A stretch of 64,000 nt of DNA, from positions 22,606-86,605 of the forward strand of contig DVFP01000011.1 in assembly GCA_018713145.1 (NCBI GenBank), read 5' to 3'. Made by a program: the position numbers and the translations under genes. This DNA is from Candidatus Scybalocola faecavium (lineage in GTDB: Bacteria; Bacillota; Clostridia; Lachnospirales; Lachnospiraceae). Below are positions 31,861 through 42,487 of the stretch, in pieces; position 1 is the first letter of the stretch; each line of letters opens with the position of its first letter. The notes under the pieces are model-generated. The model saw only the letters and a list, made by a program, of their open reading frames with translations, was not told the origin of the DNA and did not search any database.

Positions 31861-31999
31861 ACTGTTACCTCCGATAATACAGACCTTACATCCCCTTTTG
31901 TATATTTATCTCCATTCCATTGAATGTTCATTTCAAAACATTCCTTTACGTTTTCTCGCTTTTATCGGATCCAGCGCCTCCAAAATAGGACAAAAAGAT

Positions 32000-33175
32000 T
32001 TACAATACTCTTTCCATAGAGATATACGTCCCTTCATGGGTAACTGCAAAACCATTCTTCCTCCAAAAATGACTGCTTTGGGGATTGCCCCGGTCTACAG
32101 CCAGACGCAGCTTTTTATATTCCATCTTTTTCAAGGCACCGGCACATTCTTCAATGATCCCCGATCCCACGCCACGGCCCTGAAAATCCGTATCCACCAT
32201 AAACAGCCCAATATAGGCTGTCCCCGGATCCGGATAATCGCGGATCAGATCCATAACCGCAGCCAGTCGGTCCTTTTCAAAAAATCCAATATAAAACTTA
32301 TCCGTCATACCTTTCCCCGGCGGCAGCGCCTCCATATCCTCCATAATACTCTCCCGGGTCACAAACGGCGGATGGTATTGATAAAACAGTGTATTCCCCC
32401 GGCTCAGCTCCAGGATCTGGTCCACATGGTCCTTTGTTAATGCCCGGACCTGAAAGGTTTGAGATAGTTGTTTAACGCGCATTTTGGTCTTAAGATACGC
32501 GCTCTGGGGTGCAAAAAGTCCCCAATCTTTAAAATTAACTGTTTCAAGTTCCTTAAGATGACTATAATCATTCAGGCGGTCTATATGAAAACAGGCATCA
32601 CTGGAATCGTATATAAGAACGGTTTGCGCCGTATTTTCAAACCAGTTCAGGCAATCCACATCCTTATCCGGGCGCTGGAGAAGTACATTGATCAACACTC
32701 TTAACGTGATGCCATGAGAAACGATAAGTACATCTCTCTTTTCCCAAGGTCTTTGCAGATAATACTCTGCAAAATGGCATACTCTCTTTTTTACATCCTG
32801 ATAACATTCTCCCTGGGGTGCAGAAAGCACAGACAAACGATTTCCCAGATTGATTTCAGGAAATTTTAGCGCCTGCTCATCAAAAGGCATTCCTTCCAGT
32901 ATCCCAAGATCCATTTCTTTCAAATCTTCAGACTCTGTAAATAAAGTATCATCTTGCCTAATACAGCTAAGAATTTCCTGCAATGTCTGTCTGGCTCTAA
33001 GTAATGGGCTGCAGTACGCTTCTACCGTCTTTCCCAGCAGCTCTTCTGCCAATCTCTGTCCTGCTCTTTTGGCCTGTAATCTTCCTTTTTCCGTCAATTC
33101 AAAATCTGTTGTTGATATAAGACTGCCTTTAATATTTCCCACACTTTCAGCATGCCGAATTAAATATATATTCAT
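32000..33175 (-). CDS. Fusion of histidine phosphatase (PGM family) and GNAT acetyltransferase
   Basis: N-half LIRHAES, SPLLRARQT, EMDLG, VSHG; C-half IGLFMVDTDFQGRGVGS, FWRKNGF; ATG 33175 after GGAGG. Confidence 0.85.
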   Translation of the reverse strand: MNIYLIRHAESVGNIKGSLISTTDFELTEKGRLQAKRAGQRLAEELLGKTVEAYCSPLLRARQTLQEILSCIRQDDTLFTESEDLKEMDLGILEGMPFDEQALKFPEINLGNRLSVLSAPQGECYQDVKKRVCHFAEYYLQRPWEKRDVLIVSHGITLRVLINVLLQRPDKDVDCLNWFENTAQTVLIYDSSDACFHIDRLNDYSHLKELETVNFKDWGLFAPQSAYLKTKMRVKQLSQTFQVRALTKDHVDQILELSRGNTLFYQYHPPFVTRESIMEDMEALPPGKGMTDKFYIGFFEKDRLAAVMDLIRDYPDPGTAYIGLFMVDTDFQGRGVGSGIIEECAGALKKMEYKKLRLAVDRGNPQSSHFWRKNGFAVTHEGTYISMERVL

Positions 33176-33353
33176 TATTCCTCCTGTAATTCTATAACCT
33201 GCCAATTAAAAATCAGTCCTATGACTACACACTTTCGCCGTATTTCGATTATACTATGTCTGCCATGGGATTTGCAATAGAAAGTCAGGGGGAAGTAAGG
33301 AGGCTGTCGTAGTTTACGACTGTTCACAGGCCGTAACGTCCAGCTCAGAAAGC

Positions 33354-33404
33354 AGAACAAACATTCGATTATATCTATACATTTTCCCTGTCCGGTGATA
33401 TAAT
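33354..33404 (+). promoter_or_regulatory. Possible LexA (SOS) box and extended -10 promoter
   Basis: AGAACAAACATTCG (GAAC-N4-GTTC with one mismatch) upstream of TGATATAAT. Confidence 0.45.
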
Positions 33405-33479
33405 AGCCACAAAGCATAGCGATTAAGCCATCGGAATCGTTACACCCACAGCTGCTGTTAAACCTACGAAAGGAATCGG

Positions 33480-34391
33480 ATGCTTATGATCCTTAGTGTC
33501 AGCCGCCGGACAGACATTCCGGCATTTTACGCGCCCTGGTTTTTTAACCGGATCCGTAAAGGGTATGTCCTTGTAAGAAATCCGGTAAATTTTCACCAGA
33601 TCAGCCGGATCCGCCTGTCTCCCCAGGTCATTGACGGTATAGTGTTCTGGACAAGGAATCCGGCCCCTATGCTCCCGCGCCTGGCGGAATTAAAAGATTA
33701 TATGTATTATTTCCAATTTACCCTGACCCCCTATGACCCGGATATTGAACCTTATATGCCATCAAAAAAGGATGTGATCCTGCCTGCCTTTTGTGCCCTG
33801 TCTGAGGCTATCGGCCCGGACCGGGTGATCTGGCGCTACGATCCCATCCTTCTTAATCCCAAATATACGATTTCCTATCACACGAAAGCTTTTGAACGGC
33901 TGGCAAAGGCGCTCAAGGGATATACTAAAAAGTGTGTCATCAGCTTTGTTGACAGCTACCGGAACACGGCCCGTCATGAAAAAAGCCTCGCCCTGGATCC
34001 CCTTGGGCCCGGAGAAATGATGATCCTGGCCAAAGAGTTTCAGGGAATTGCCCAGGCCTGTGGGATCACACTGTCTACCTGCGCCGAAGACATTGACCTT
34101 AATCTCTTTGGGATCTCCCACGGCAGCTGCATTGATCCGGCTTTATTTGAAAAGCTCCTTGGCCGCCCTCTGGCTGTAAAAAAAGATCCCGGCCAGCGCC
34201 CTTTTTGCGGCTGCGCCGCCAGTGTGGATATTGGTGTGTATAATTCCTGCCCCCACCAGTGCCGTTACTGTTATGCCAACTATAACGAAGCTTTAGTCAG
34301 CAAAAACACCGCCCTCCACCATCCGAAGGCCCCTCTGCTTGTTGGAGAGATCGGACCGGAAGACCGGGTGTATGAAAGGAAGAATTTTTGA
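33480..34391 (+). CDS. DUF1848-family protein (radical-SAM-like, C-terminal CxxxCxxC)
   Basis: ILSVSRRTDIPAFY, WRYDPI, DIGVYNSCPHQCRYCYAN. Confidence 0.88.
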   Translation: MLMILSVSRRTDIPAFYAPWFFNRIRKGYVLVRNPVNFHQISRIRLSPQVIDGIVFWTRNPAPMLPRLAELKDYMYYFQFTLTPYDPDIEPYMPSKKDVILPAFCALSEAIGPDRVIWRYDPILLNPKYTISYHTKAFERLAKALKGYTKKCVISFVDSYRNTARHEKSLALDPLGPGEMMILAKEFQGIAQACGITLSTCAEDIDLNLFGISHGSCIDPALFEKLLGRPLAVKKDPGQRPFCGCAASVDIGVYNSCPHQCRYCYANYNEALVSKNTALHHPKAPLLVGEIGPEDRVYERKNF

Positions 34392-34440
34392 TAGATGCAT
34401 TATATTAAAGTATGAAAAATCGAAACTAAGGGTGATTATT

Positions 34441-34844
34441 ATGCGGAGAATGGCATCACGGAGAATGAATTAGTTAAAATTTTTGAAAGGGCAAATAAAA
34501 GATTTTTAAAGGAAAATACAGCATTTATTTTGAGTAATGTAGCGGAAAGAAGTCTATGTAGTACATTGGCGCAATGTCTTTATCTGGAAATTAGACACAG
34601 CAAATACTCTAGGTATTATGTTGATATTGAATACAATAGAAATAATGGTCGAGTAAAGACTATTTATAATGATGATTTAAAGATAGTAACTATTATATGT
34701 TATCTTATTGTATATAGTCGAGGAGAGATTGTTGCAAAAGATAACCTTATTGCATTAGAAATGAAAGAAAAGCTAAGCGGGCTACAACTAAACAGAACGA
34801 ATCGTAAAATTATGAATAGTTGCTATCTAAAGTCAGAAATATGA
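34441..34844 (+). pseudogene. Degenerate fragment of a PD-(D/E)xK-like hypothetical protein
   Basis: ERSL...VDIEYNR...(Y)LIV(Y)SRG...DNLIALEMK; no clean start, sequence loses character after EMK; AT-rich. Confidence 0.45.
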
Positions 34845-34857
34845 AAGGTTGTATTGT

Positions 34858-35350
34858 ATGGATAATATTCAAAATGAAACTTTTTATAACCAAGTAATAG
34901 AATTGTTCTAAAATGCCAAGAAAAACTTGTCTACTGCAGTAAATATGACAATGGTCTATTCCTATTATGAAGCAGGGAGGATGATTGTTGAAGAAGAACA
35001 AGGCGGAAAAGAACGTGCAGCATATGGAAAGTATATATTGAAAGAATTGTCTCAAAGATTGACACAGAAACTTGGAAGGGGATATTCATACGATAATTTA
35101 AAACTGATGCGTAAATTTTATCTGGTTTACTCCAAAGACTCAATTGGGGTAACGCCGTTTCTCCAATCTGAAAAACTTCCAGTTACACAGGAAGGGAAAA
35201 ATTCTATCTGAGCTGGTCTCATTATCTCATCCTTATGCGGATAAATAATATTGACGAACGTCATTTTTATGAAATAGAGTCGTATAGAAATGGGTGGAGC
35301 AAAGATGAACTGGCGCGTCAGTATGGAAGTTCACTTTATGAGCGGCTTAA
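34858..35350 (+). pseudogene. Frameshifted, truncated YhcG/DUF1016 N-terminal domain
   Basis: AVNMTMVYSYYEAGRMIVEEEQGGKERAAYG...NLKLMRKFY, then in another frame LSWSHYLILM...ERHFYE...WS...L.RQ..S.LYER; C-terminal nuclease domain absent. Confidence 0.8.
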
Positions 35351-35730
35351 CTGGTTTATCCGATTAAATCTCATTGAAGAAAAAGAAGGGAATTATTTTT
35401 TGACAGTTCCTGAAATGTCTAAGATAAAGTTTGATAATGAAAGGCGAAGAAGCAGGTATGGTGCAACAACAACAGGACTGTTTTGGGGGCAAACATCACC
35501 TGATAAAGTGCTAGAAGTTTGGGACAAAATTAAAAATGGGGAGACTAGCTTCTCAAGTTTGAAAAGTAAAGGATATAGAAATGCAATAGAGGTTTTAACT
35601 ACTACTCTCGGCATAAAACGAATAGATGATGAATTAGTTATCTTAAAATATTTAAATGAAATCTTTGAAACTATTAATAAAAGTGATACGATTTGAAATG
35701 ATAATGCTATATATAAAGAGGAGTGATCTT

Positions 35731-37278
35731 ATGGCAATACCAACAAATATAAAGACATTGCTCTCTGGTAATGTTGTTGAGTGGGCTCGAATAGAATTTA
35801 AAGAAACATGGGATGCAGAGGCTTCTCTAAAAACCGTCTGTGCATTTGCCAATGATCTTGATAACTGGGGCGGGGGCTATATTGTTATTGGAGTGGAAGA
35901 AAACAATGGACATCCTGTTTACCCTCTTAAGGGAGTACCTGCAGACAAAATAGATTTTTATCAGAAAAGCATTTTGGCGAAATGTAAATTAATCAGGCCT
36001 GCATATATGCCGATAGCGGAAGTTGTTGATTATGAAAATAAGAAATTTATTGTTCTTTGGTGTCCGGGAGGAGACAGCAGACCTTATTCTTCTCCTAAAA
36101 CAATGGCGAAAGATAATAAAGAGCGTATTCATTATATCCGAAAAATGTCGAATACAGTGGAGCCCTCAGATGATGAAGAGAAAGACTTATTTAATCTTGC
36201 TAACCGGATACCTTTCGATGATCGCGTGAATCATCAGGCGGATATTTCAGATTTGAACATTACACTTATTCAAAACTATTTAAAAGAAGTAAAAAGCTCT
36301 TTGTACGAAAAGTCGAAGACAGGGGACTTTATTGAAGTATGTAATGATATGAACATAATCTGCAATCTTCCAGAATACACAAAGCCGAAAAATGTCGGAT
36401 TGATGTTTTTTAATATGGAACCTGATAAGTTCTTCCCGTATACCCAGATAGATGTTGTCCAGTTCCCCGAAGGCTTGGGCGGAAATAATATCATAGAACA
36501 GACCTTTAAAGGACCGATTCATCAACAACTCCGAGAAGCTTTACAATATATCAGAAATACAATTATTACAGAACGCGTTGTTAAACATTCAGATAGAGCA
36601 GAAGCGGACAGATTTTTTAATTATCCGTTTGCGGCAATAGAAGAAGCTTTATCAAATGCAGTATATCACCGTGCTTATGATGAACGAGAGCCTATCGAGG
36701 TGCGTGTGGAAAAAGACAGGATAGAAATATTAAGTTTTCCTGGGCCTGACAGATCTGTGACTATTGAGGGGCTAAAATCCTACCGAGTGTCTAATCGTCG
36801 TTATAGAAATCGCCGGATAGGTGATTTCTTGAAAGAACTTCATTTGACTGAGGGAAGAAATACAGGATTTAAGAAAATATTGGACGCATTAGAAACGAAT
36901 GGTTCGCCTAAACCTGAATTTGAGACGGATGAGGCACATAGCTATTTTATTTCAAGATTATTTATACATGAAGGGTTCTTGAAAGAAAATCAGGCAACCG
37001 GAAATGTGCCGTTAAACAAACCGGTATCTGATAATGAACAGAAATCTGTAGATAGAATGATTCACATATTTAAAAGTAATCTTTCAGATAAAGAAAAAGA
37101 GAAAATGCTGCCAATTATAGATTATTTGAAGGTGAATGATATAATAAATCCGCAAATGGCTAGAAAATTAACCGGAAAATCCAAAACTACAGTGTTCAGA
37201 TATTTACAGCGACTTATGGAATTGGATATTATAAAAAGCGAAGGCGATTCTGTGTCTACGGTTTATCGAAGAAAATAA
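35731..37278 (+). CDS. AlbA_2 (Schlafen-like) + HATPase_c_4-like + C-terminal HTH protein
   Basis: IEFKE, CAFAN...GGYIVIGV, YPFAAIEEALSNAVYHR, YRNRRIGDFLKEL...EGRNTG, C-terminal HTH; ATG 35731 after GAGGAG. Confidence 0.88.
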   Translation: MAIPTNIKTLLSGNVVEWARIEFKETWDAEASLKTVCAFANDLDNWGGGYIVIGVEENNGHPVYPLKGVPADKIDFYQKSILAKCKLIRPAYMPIAEVVDYENKKFIVLWCPGGDSRPYSSPKTMAKDNKERIHYIRKMSNTVEPSDDEEKDLFNLANRIPFDDRVNHQADISDLNITLIQNYLKEVKSSLYEKSKTGDFIEVCNDMNIICNLPEYTKPKNVGLMFFNMEPDKFFPYTQIDVVQFPEGLGGNNIIEQTFKGPIHQQLREALQYIRNTIITERVVKHSDRAEADRFFNYPFAAIEEALSNAVYHRAYDEREPIEVRVEKDRIEILSFPGPDRSVTIEGLKSYRVSNRRYRNRRIGDFLKELHLTEGRNTGFKKILDALETNGSPKPEFETDEAHSYFISRLFIHEGFLKENQATGNVPLNKPVSDNEQKSVDRMIHIFKSNLSDKEKEKMLPIIDYLKVNDIINPQMARKLTGKSKTTVFRYLQRLMELDIIKSEGDSVSTVYRRK

Positions 37279-37281
37279 ATA

Positions 37282-37326
37282 TTTTTTGGAACGCTTTTTG
37301 GAACGCTTTTGGAACGCTTTTGGAAC
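37282..37326. repeat. Tandem repeat (T4-6 GGAACGC) x4
   Basis: TTTTTTGGAACGC TTTTTGGAACGC TTTTGGAACGC TTTTGGAAC. Confidence 0.9.
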
Positions 37327-37545
37327 ATTGAGGACAGTAAAGCAAAAGATATTCTAAAATGGAATATTCATGTCAATACTTTGTATCGCATTACGACTAA
37401 TATTTTGTGACTTTTCGTGAACAAATTGTGAAAAGTCCAATATAGGGCAGTGCCATTTTCTGATTTTGACATTTTCGTTACGAATGATTTTTTTGAGGGT
37501 GGCTAATATTTAACATATCAAAAGTCACAAAGGAGAGATTTTACC

Positions 37546-39531
37546 ATGGATCATTTTGAACTACATTCAGACTATGCCCCTACCGGCGACCAGCCCCAGG
37601 CCATTGAAAAGCTTGTGAAAGGGTTTAAGGAGGGCAATCAATTTGAAACTTTGCTGGGCGTTACCGGCTCAGGAAAAACATTTACCATGGCCAATGTGAT
37701 CGCCCAGCTGAACAAGCCGACGCTCATCCTGGCCCACAATAAAACACTGGCAGCACAGCTTTACGGGGAATTTAAGGAATTTTTCCCAAATAACGCTGTG
37801 GAATATTTTGTCTCCTACTATGATTACTATCAGCCGGAAGCTTATGTGCCGTCATCGGACACATATATCGAAAAAGACTCCGCTATTAATGACGAGATCG
37901 ACAAACTGCGCCACTCTGCAACAGCCGCCCTGTCTGAGCGGAGCGATGTGATCATTGTGTCATCCGTATCCTGCATTTACGGCTTGGGAAGTCCTATCGA
38001 CTACAAAAAAATGGTTATTTCCCTGCGGCCGGGCATGATCAAAGACCGGGATGAGGTGATCCGCAAGCTGATCGATCTTCAGTATACCCGAAATGACATG
38101 GATTTTAAGCGGGGAACTTTCCGTGTCCATGGCGATGTGGTAGAGATTTTTCCGGCGGCTGCCACAGATACCGCAGTGCGTGTGGAATTTTTCGGGGATG
38201 AAGTGGACCGTATTGGCGAATTTGACCCTCTCACCGGAGAGGTCAAGGCCTATTTAAAACACACTGCCATTTACCCTGCTTCCCATTATGTTGTTCCGCC
38301 GGAGCAAATGGAACGGGCCATTAAAGATATTGAGGCAGAGCTTGCGGAGCGGGTAAAATATTTTAAAAGTGAGGATAAGCTGCTGGAGGCACAGCGCATT
38401 TCCGAACGGACAAATTTTGATATTGAAATGATGCGGGAAACAGGATTTTGCTCCGGCATTGAAAATTATTCCATGCATCTGGCAGGATTGAAACCGGGAC
38501 AGCCTCCCTATACCCTGATCGACTATTTTCCTGACGATTTTCTTATTATCGTGGATGAGTCCCATATGACCATTCCCCAGGTCCGGGGCATGTACGCCGG
38601 AGACCAATCCCGAAAGACGACCCTGGTGGACTATGGGTTCCGGCTGCCCTCTGCCAAGGATAACCGTCCGTTAAACTTTGAAGAATTTGAATCCAAGATC
38701 GACCAGATGCTTTTTGTATCTGCCACGCCCAGTGTTTATGAGAAAGAGCATGAGCTTTTGCGGGCCGAGCAGATCATTCGTCCCACCGGCCTTCTGGATC
38801 CTGAGATCAGCGTCCGTCCGGTGGAAGGACAGATCGACGATCTTGTTTCTGAGGTCAATAAAGAAACGGCCAAAGGCAATAAAGTCCTTATTACTACTCT
38901 GACCAAGCGTATGGCCGAGGATTTGACAGACTATATGAAGGAGCTGGGAATCCGGGTCAAGTACCTCCATTCGGACATTGACACTCTGGAGCGCACCGAA
39001 ATCGTCCGGGATCTGCGTATGAATGTTTTTGATGTGCTGGTAGGTATCAACCTTCTCAGGGAAGGTCTGGATATTCCTGAAATTACTTTAGTGGCCATCC
39101 TGGATGCGGACAAGGAAGGCTTCCTCCGTTCAGAAACTTCTCTGATCCAGACCATCGGCCGGGCTGCCCGAAATACAGACGGTCATGTGATCATGTATGC
39201 GGATACCATTACAGAATCTATGGATAAAGCCATCAGTGAAACCAACCGCCGCCGGGCGATCCAGCAAAAATATAATGAAGAGCATGGCATTACGCCTCAG
39301 ACCATCAAAAAGGCCGTTCGGGATCTGATCAGTATTTCCAAGGCTGCGGATAAGGATGAAAAAGAATTGTCTAAAGATCTGGAATCTATGACAAAGAAAG
39401 AATTAAAAGAGCTGGCAGCAAAACTGACCAAAAAGATGCATTCCGCTGCCGCGGATTTAAACTTCGAGCTGGCCGCCCAGCTGCGTGATGAAATGCTTGA
39501 AGTGAAAAAGTATTTAAATGATTTTGAATAA
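37546..39531 (+). CDS. uvrB: Excinuclease ABC subunit B
   Basis: [41 protein letters not shown]-terminal UVR domain. Confidence 0.98.
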   Translation: MDHFELHSDYAPTGDQPQAIEKLVKGFKEGNQFETLLGVTGSGKTFTMANVIAQLNKPTLILAHNKTLAAQLYGEFKEFFPNNAVEYFVSYYDYYQPEAYVPSSDTYIEKDSAINDEIDKLRHSATAALSERSDVIIVSSVSCIYGLGSPIDYKKMVISLRPGMIKDRDEVIRKLIDLQYTRNDMDFKRGTFRVHGDVVEIFPAAATDTAVRVEFFGDEVDRIGEFDPLTGEVKAYLKHTAIYPASHYVVPPEQMERAIKDIEAELAERVKYFKSEDKLLEAQRISERTNFDIEMMRETGFCSGIENYSMHLAGLKPGQPPYTLIDYFPDDFLIIVDESHMTIPQVRGMYAGDQSRKTTLVDYGFRLPSAKDNRPLNFEEFESKIDQMLFVSATPSVYEKEHELLRAEQIIRPTGLLDPEISVRPVEGQIDDLVSEVNKETAKGNKVLITTLTKRMAEDLTDYMKELGIRVKYLHSDIDTLERTEIVRDLRMNVFDVLVGINLLREGLDIPEITLVAILDADKEGFLRSETSLIQTIGRAARNTDGHVIMYADTITESMDKAISETNRRRAIQQKYNEEHGITPQTIKKAVRDLISISKAADKDEKELSKDLESMTKKELKELAAKLTKKMHSAAADLNFELAAQLRDEMLEVKKYLNDFE

Positions 39532-39535
39532 TAAA

Positions 39536-39610
39536 ATGAGACAAGGGACAAAAGGTCATGGGAACTGCCCATGCAGCCATGAAATGCACGACCTTTTGTC
39601 CCTTGTATCA
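39536..39610 (+). repeat. Internally deleted copy C of the dispersed element (probably also acts as terminator)
   Basis: ATGAGACAAGGGACAAAAGGTCATG matches left end of copy B (ATGAGACAAGCGACAAAAGGTCATG); closes with GACCTTTTGTCCCTTGTATCA. Confidence 0.75.
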
Positions 39611-39612
39611 AT

Positions 39613-40461
39613 CTATTGGTGATGACCGACCAAACGGCCACGCCAGTATACAAGTCTCTGATCCCGATTAGGTGCGTCCTCCCATTGTTCCAGACAGATG
39701 ATCAGCCCTTTCATACTGGAAGGGTTGCCGCCGGATGCGGATTTCTCCCACCATCTGGCGGCTTCTTTTAAATCCCCCCGGCTTTGAAGGTCTGCGGCAT
39801 AATCCTGCGTTCTCCTTACAGCCCTGGCGATTTTTTCCCATATCTCTTCCTGAAACTCCTGTTCATAATAATACTCGATTTCAGGAATATCCACTTCCAA
39901 GGCCCTCAGATTGCCGCCAATGGCCGCCAGCCGATACATCCGCTCAGCGGCCTCATAGATTGTAAAGCACGTTCCCGGGATAATACCGCCAGAAGGATCC
40001 ATATTCTCTTTCCAGTCGGTAAAATCCGCCTCCTGATATGTTTCATCCGCCTGTTTTAAAATATCTTCCGGCCTGGGATCTTTAGGGTCATACCCCTGCC
40101 ATGTACATGGAAGTCCCTCCATAATATCCAGGTACGCTTTCATCGGAAGATCCACAGCCAGCTGATTTAAAAACTGCTCCTGACGCTTCTTTCTGGAAGA
40201 GTCTCCGCCAGGATTATACATCAGGGCAAGACGCAGAACTGTTTCCGGATTTTGGACATTTCTTTTAAAATGCCCCGCTTCTCTTTTCATCAAGCGCGTT
40301 GGGATATTTCCCTGCCAGAAGTTTTCCGCAAGCCATTCGTCCTCCCGGCAGTCAATCCCATAATAATAAAACAGCCCTTGAATAAGATCCGAAAATTCTC
40401 CCCCATTTTCCGGCAAAGGATTTTCCCTAAGCCGTTTTTGAATTTCATATGGATCCGTCAT
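39613..40461 (-). CDS. Hypothetical protein with Sel1/TPR-like C-terminal motifs
   Basis: 282-aa ORF 6 bp downstream of proS; EAAERMYRLAAIGGN and EAARWWEKSASGGN. Confidence 0.7.
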   Translation of the reverse strand: MTDPYEIQKRLRENPLPENGGEFSDLIQGLFYYYGIDCREDEWLAENFWQGNIPTRLMKREAGHFKRNVQNPETVLRLALMYNPGGDSSRKKRQEQFLNQLAVDLPMKAYLDIMEGLPCTWQGYDPKDPRPEDILKQADETYQEADFTDWKENMDPSGGIIPGTCFTIYEAAERMYRLAAIGGNLRALEVDIPEIEYYYEQEFQEEIWEKIARAVRRTQDYAADLQSRGDLKEAARWWEKSASGGNPSSMKGLIICLEQWEDAPNRDQRLVYWRGRLVGHHQ

Positions 40462-40467
40462 TCTTTA

Positions 40468-41901
40468 TTAATAAGCCTTACCCCAGTAAACCATGGCCTT
40501 TGCAGGACGCCCGCAGCATACGCACACATCAGAGATATGCTCCTGCTTAAATGGCATACATCTGGAGGTTGCTGTGGTTTCTTCCTTGATCTTATCCTCA
40601 CATGCCTGGTCACCGCACCACATAGCCTTTACAAAGCCTGGCTTATTGGCAATAATATCTTTAAATTCTTCATAGTTGGCTGCTGTATAAGTATGGCTGT
40701 CCCGATGAGCTCTTGCCCGCTCCAGCATTTCCTTCTGCATAGTTTCCAGAGTATTGGCAACACTTTCTTCCAAAGTATCCAGAGATACAACCTGCTTTTC
40801 CCGGTTATCCCGGCGGACGATAACAGCCTGGTTTGCTTCAATATCCTTAGGACCGATCTCAATACGCACAGGAATCCCCCGCATCTCTGCTTCAGCGAAC
40901 TTCCATCCGGGACTCTTTTCAGAATCATCCACTTTTACCTTAAAATCAGCCAAACGGCTCTTTAATTCATAAGCCTTATCTAATACCCCTTCCTTATGCT
41001 GGGCAATAGGAACGATCATCACCTGTACCGGCGCGATCCTTGGAGGAAGCACAAGACCGCTGTTGTCTCCGTGAACCATAATAATAGCACCGATCAGACG
41101 GGTCGTCATTCCCCAGGAAGTCTGGTGAACATACTGAAGTTTATTGTCTTTATCTGTATACTGGATACCAAAGGCTTTGGCAAAACCATCCCCAAAGTTA
41201 TGGCTTGTCCCGGACTGAAGGGCTTTTCCGTCATGCATTAAAGCTTCGATAGTATAAGTAGCTTCCGCGCCGGCAAACTTTTCCTTATCTGTTTTCCGGC
41301 CCCGGATCACAGGGATTGCCAGAACTTCCTCACAGAAGTCTGCATACAGGTGGAGCATCTGCTCCGTTCTCTCCTGAGCTTCCTCAGCTGTGGCATGGGC
41401 AGTATGGCCTTCCTGCCATAAAAACTCTCTGGAGCGGAGGAAAGGACGGGTCTCTTTCTCCCAGCGGACAACTGAGCACCACTGATTGTAGATCTTAGGC
41501 AGATCTCTGTAAGACTGGATTTCCTTAGCATAAAAATCGCAAAACAGTGTTTCAGATGTAGGACGCACACACATGCGCTCAGGCAGTTCTTCCAGTCCGC
41601 CATGAGTCACCCATGCTACCTCAGGGGCAAAGCCTTCCACATGATCCTTTTCCTTCTGAAGCAGACTTTCAGGAATAAACATAGGCAGGTATACATTTTC
41701 CACACCGGTTTCTTTAAAACGGCGGTCCAGCTCATGCTGGATATTTTCCCAGAGAGCATAGCCTGCCGGCTTAAATACCATACACCCCTTTACACTTGTA
41801 TAATCCATTAAATCCGCTTTTTTTACCACATCCGTGTACCATTTGGCAAAATCCTCTTCCATGGATGTGATGGCTTCCACTAATTTCTTATCCTTCGCCA
41901 T
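40468..41901 (-). CDS. proS: Prolyl-tRNA synthetase, archaeal/eukaryote-like short form
   Basis: [37 protein letters not shown]-terminal Zn module and GKAY; Pro T-box upstream. Confidence 0.97.
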   Translation of the reverse strand: MAKDKKLVEAITSMEEDFAKWYTDVVKKADLMDYTSVKGCMVFKPAGYALWENIQHELDRRFKETGVENVYLPMFIPESLLQKEKDHVEGFAPEVAWVTHGGLEELPERMCVRPTSETLFCDFYAKEIQSYRDLPKIYNQWCSVVRWEKETRPFLRSREFLWQEGHTAHATAEEAQERTEQMLHLYADFCEEVLAIPVIRGRKTDKEKFAGAEATYTIEALMHDGKALQSGTSHNFGDGFAKAFGIQYTDKDNKLQYVHQTSWGMTTRLIGAIIMVHGDNSGLVLPPRIAPVQVMIVPIAQHKEGVLDKAYELKSRLADFKVKVDDSEKSPGWKFAEAEMRGIPVRIEIGPKDIEANQAVIVRRDNREKQVVSLDTLEESVANTLETMQKEMLERARAHRDSHTYTAANYEEFKDIIANKPGFVKAMWCGDQACEDKIKEETTATSRCMPFKQEHISDVCVCCGRPAKAMVYWGKAY

Positions 41902-41947
41902 GATATTCTCCTTCCTTTTCTACGTGGCCCTGACGGGTAACATCCCT

Positions 41948-42051
41948 CCACTAGGCTCGCCCCGCGCCTGACGGCTTGACCTCGCCAAGGGTCGGGATGT
42001 GCGTTCCCACTAACCTCAGCCCGCGCCTGGCGGCTTGGCTTCGCTAAGTGG
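41948..42051. repeat. Two tandem ~43-bp GC-rich palindromic units in the proS leader
   Basis: CCACTAGGCTCGCCCCGCGCCTGACGGCTTGACCTCGCCAAG and CCACTAACCTCAGCCCGCGCCTGGCGGCTTGGCTTCGCTAAG. Confidence 0.8.
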
Positions 42052-42056
42052 TCACA

Positions 42057-42422
42057 GCAAAAAAGCTTTTTGGCGCTTGCTTGCCGGTTGGGCCGGAAAT
42101 GCAAGGGACCAAAAAGCTTATACGTTTCTTTTCACTGCAGACTTACATCGATTTTCGTCTTTTGACTGGTGTGATGGGTCTGCGTGATACGCTTTCGGCG
42201 GTACCACCCTTATTAACCGCGGATATTTTCCGCAGTTCTCTCGTTCATCCGTTAACGCCGGTGTACGTCATGCTCATCACATGAAGCTCCGGGGCCGGTT
42301 CCGCTGCCGTTTATTAAGGATCTCTCACCTGTGATCCTCTCTCTGTGGATAACTGCGCTGCGTACTATTCCCTTTCATCGCTGATTAAGGCCTATTGTAT
42401 GCTAAATATCCCTGTTTGTCAA
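42057..42422 (-). promoter_or_regulatory. Sigma-A promoter and Pro T-box riboswitch (CCG specifier)
   Basis: TTGACA-17-TACAAT; AGAGA/GGTGAGA loops; GAACCGG specifier (42296-42298); AAGGGTGGTACCGCC; terminator AAGCTTTTTGG...CCAAAAAGCTTTTTT. Confidence 0.9.
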
Positions 42423-42487
42423 CCCGGAAATCTACAACAGTTGGCTGACTGAATGTTACACTATTCAGACAGGTCTGCGCATTTACT

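Noticed and set aside
31745-32440. 231-aa plus-strand ORF (and similar long shadows at 10584..11330, 40252..40965, 43404..43949)
   Set aside because: Antisense to well-supported genes, with no motifs or RBS
37282-37326. CRISPR array
   Set aside because: Units are 11-13 bp and contiguous with no spacers; no cas genes in the window
34392-37500. Prophage or integrative element
   Set aside because: No integrase, transposase, phage genes or flanking att repeats seen; only an AT-rich gene mosaic
37380-37545. LexA box upstream of uvrB
   Set aside because: GAACAAATTGTG lacks the GTTC half-site
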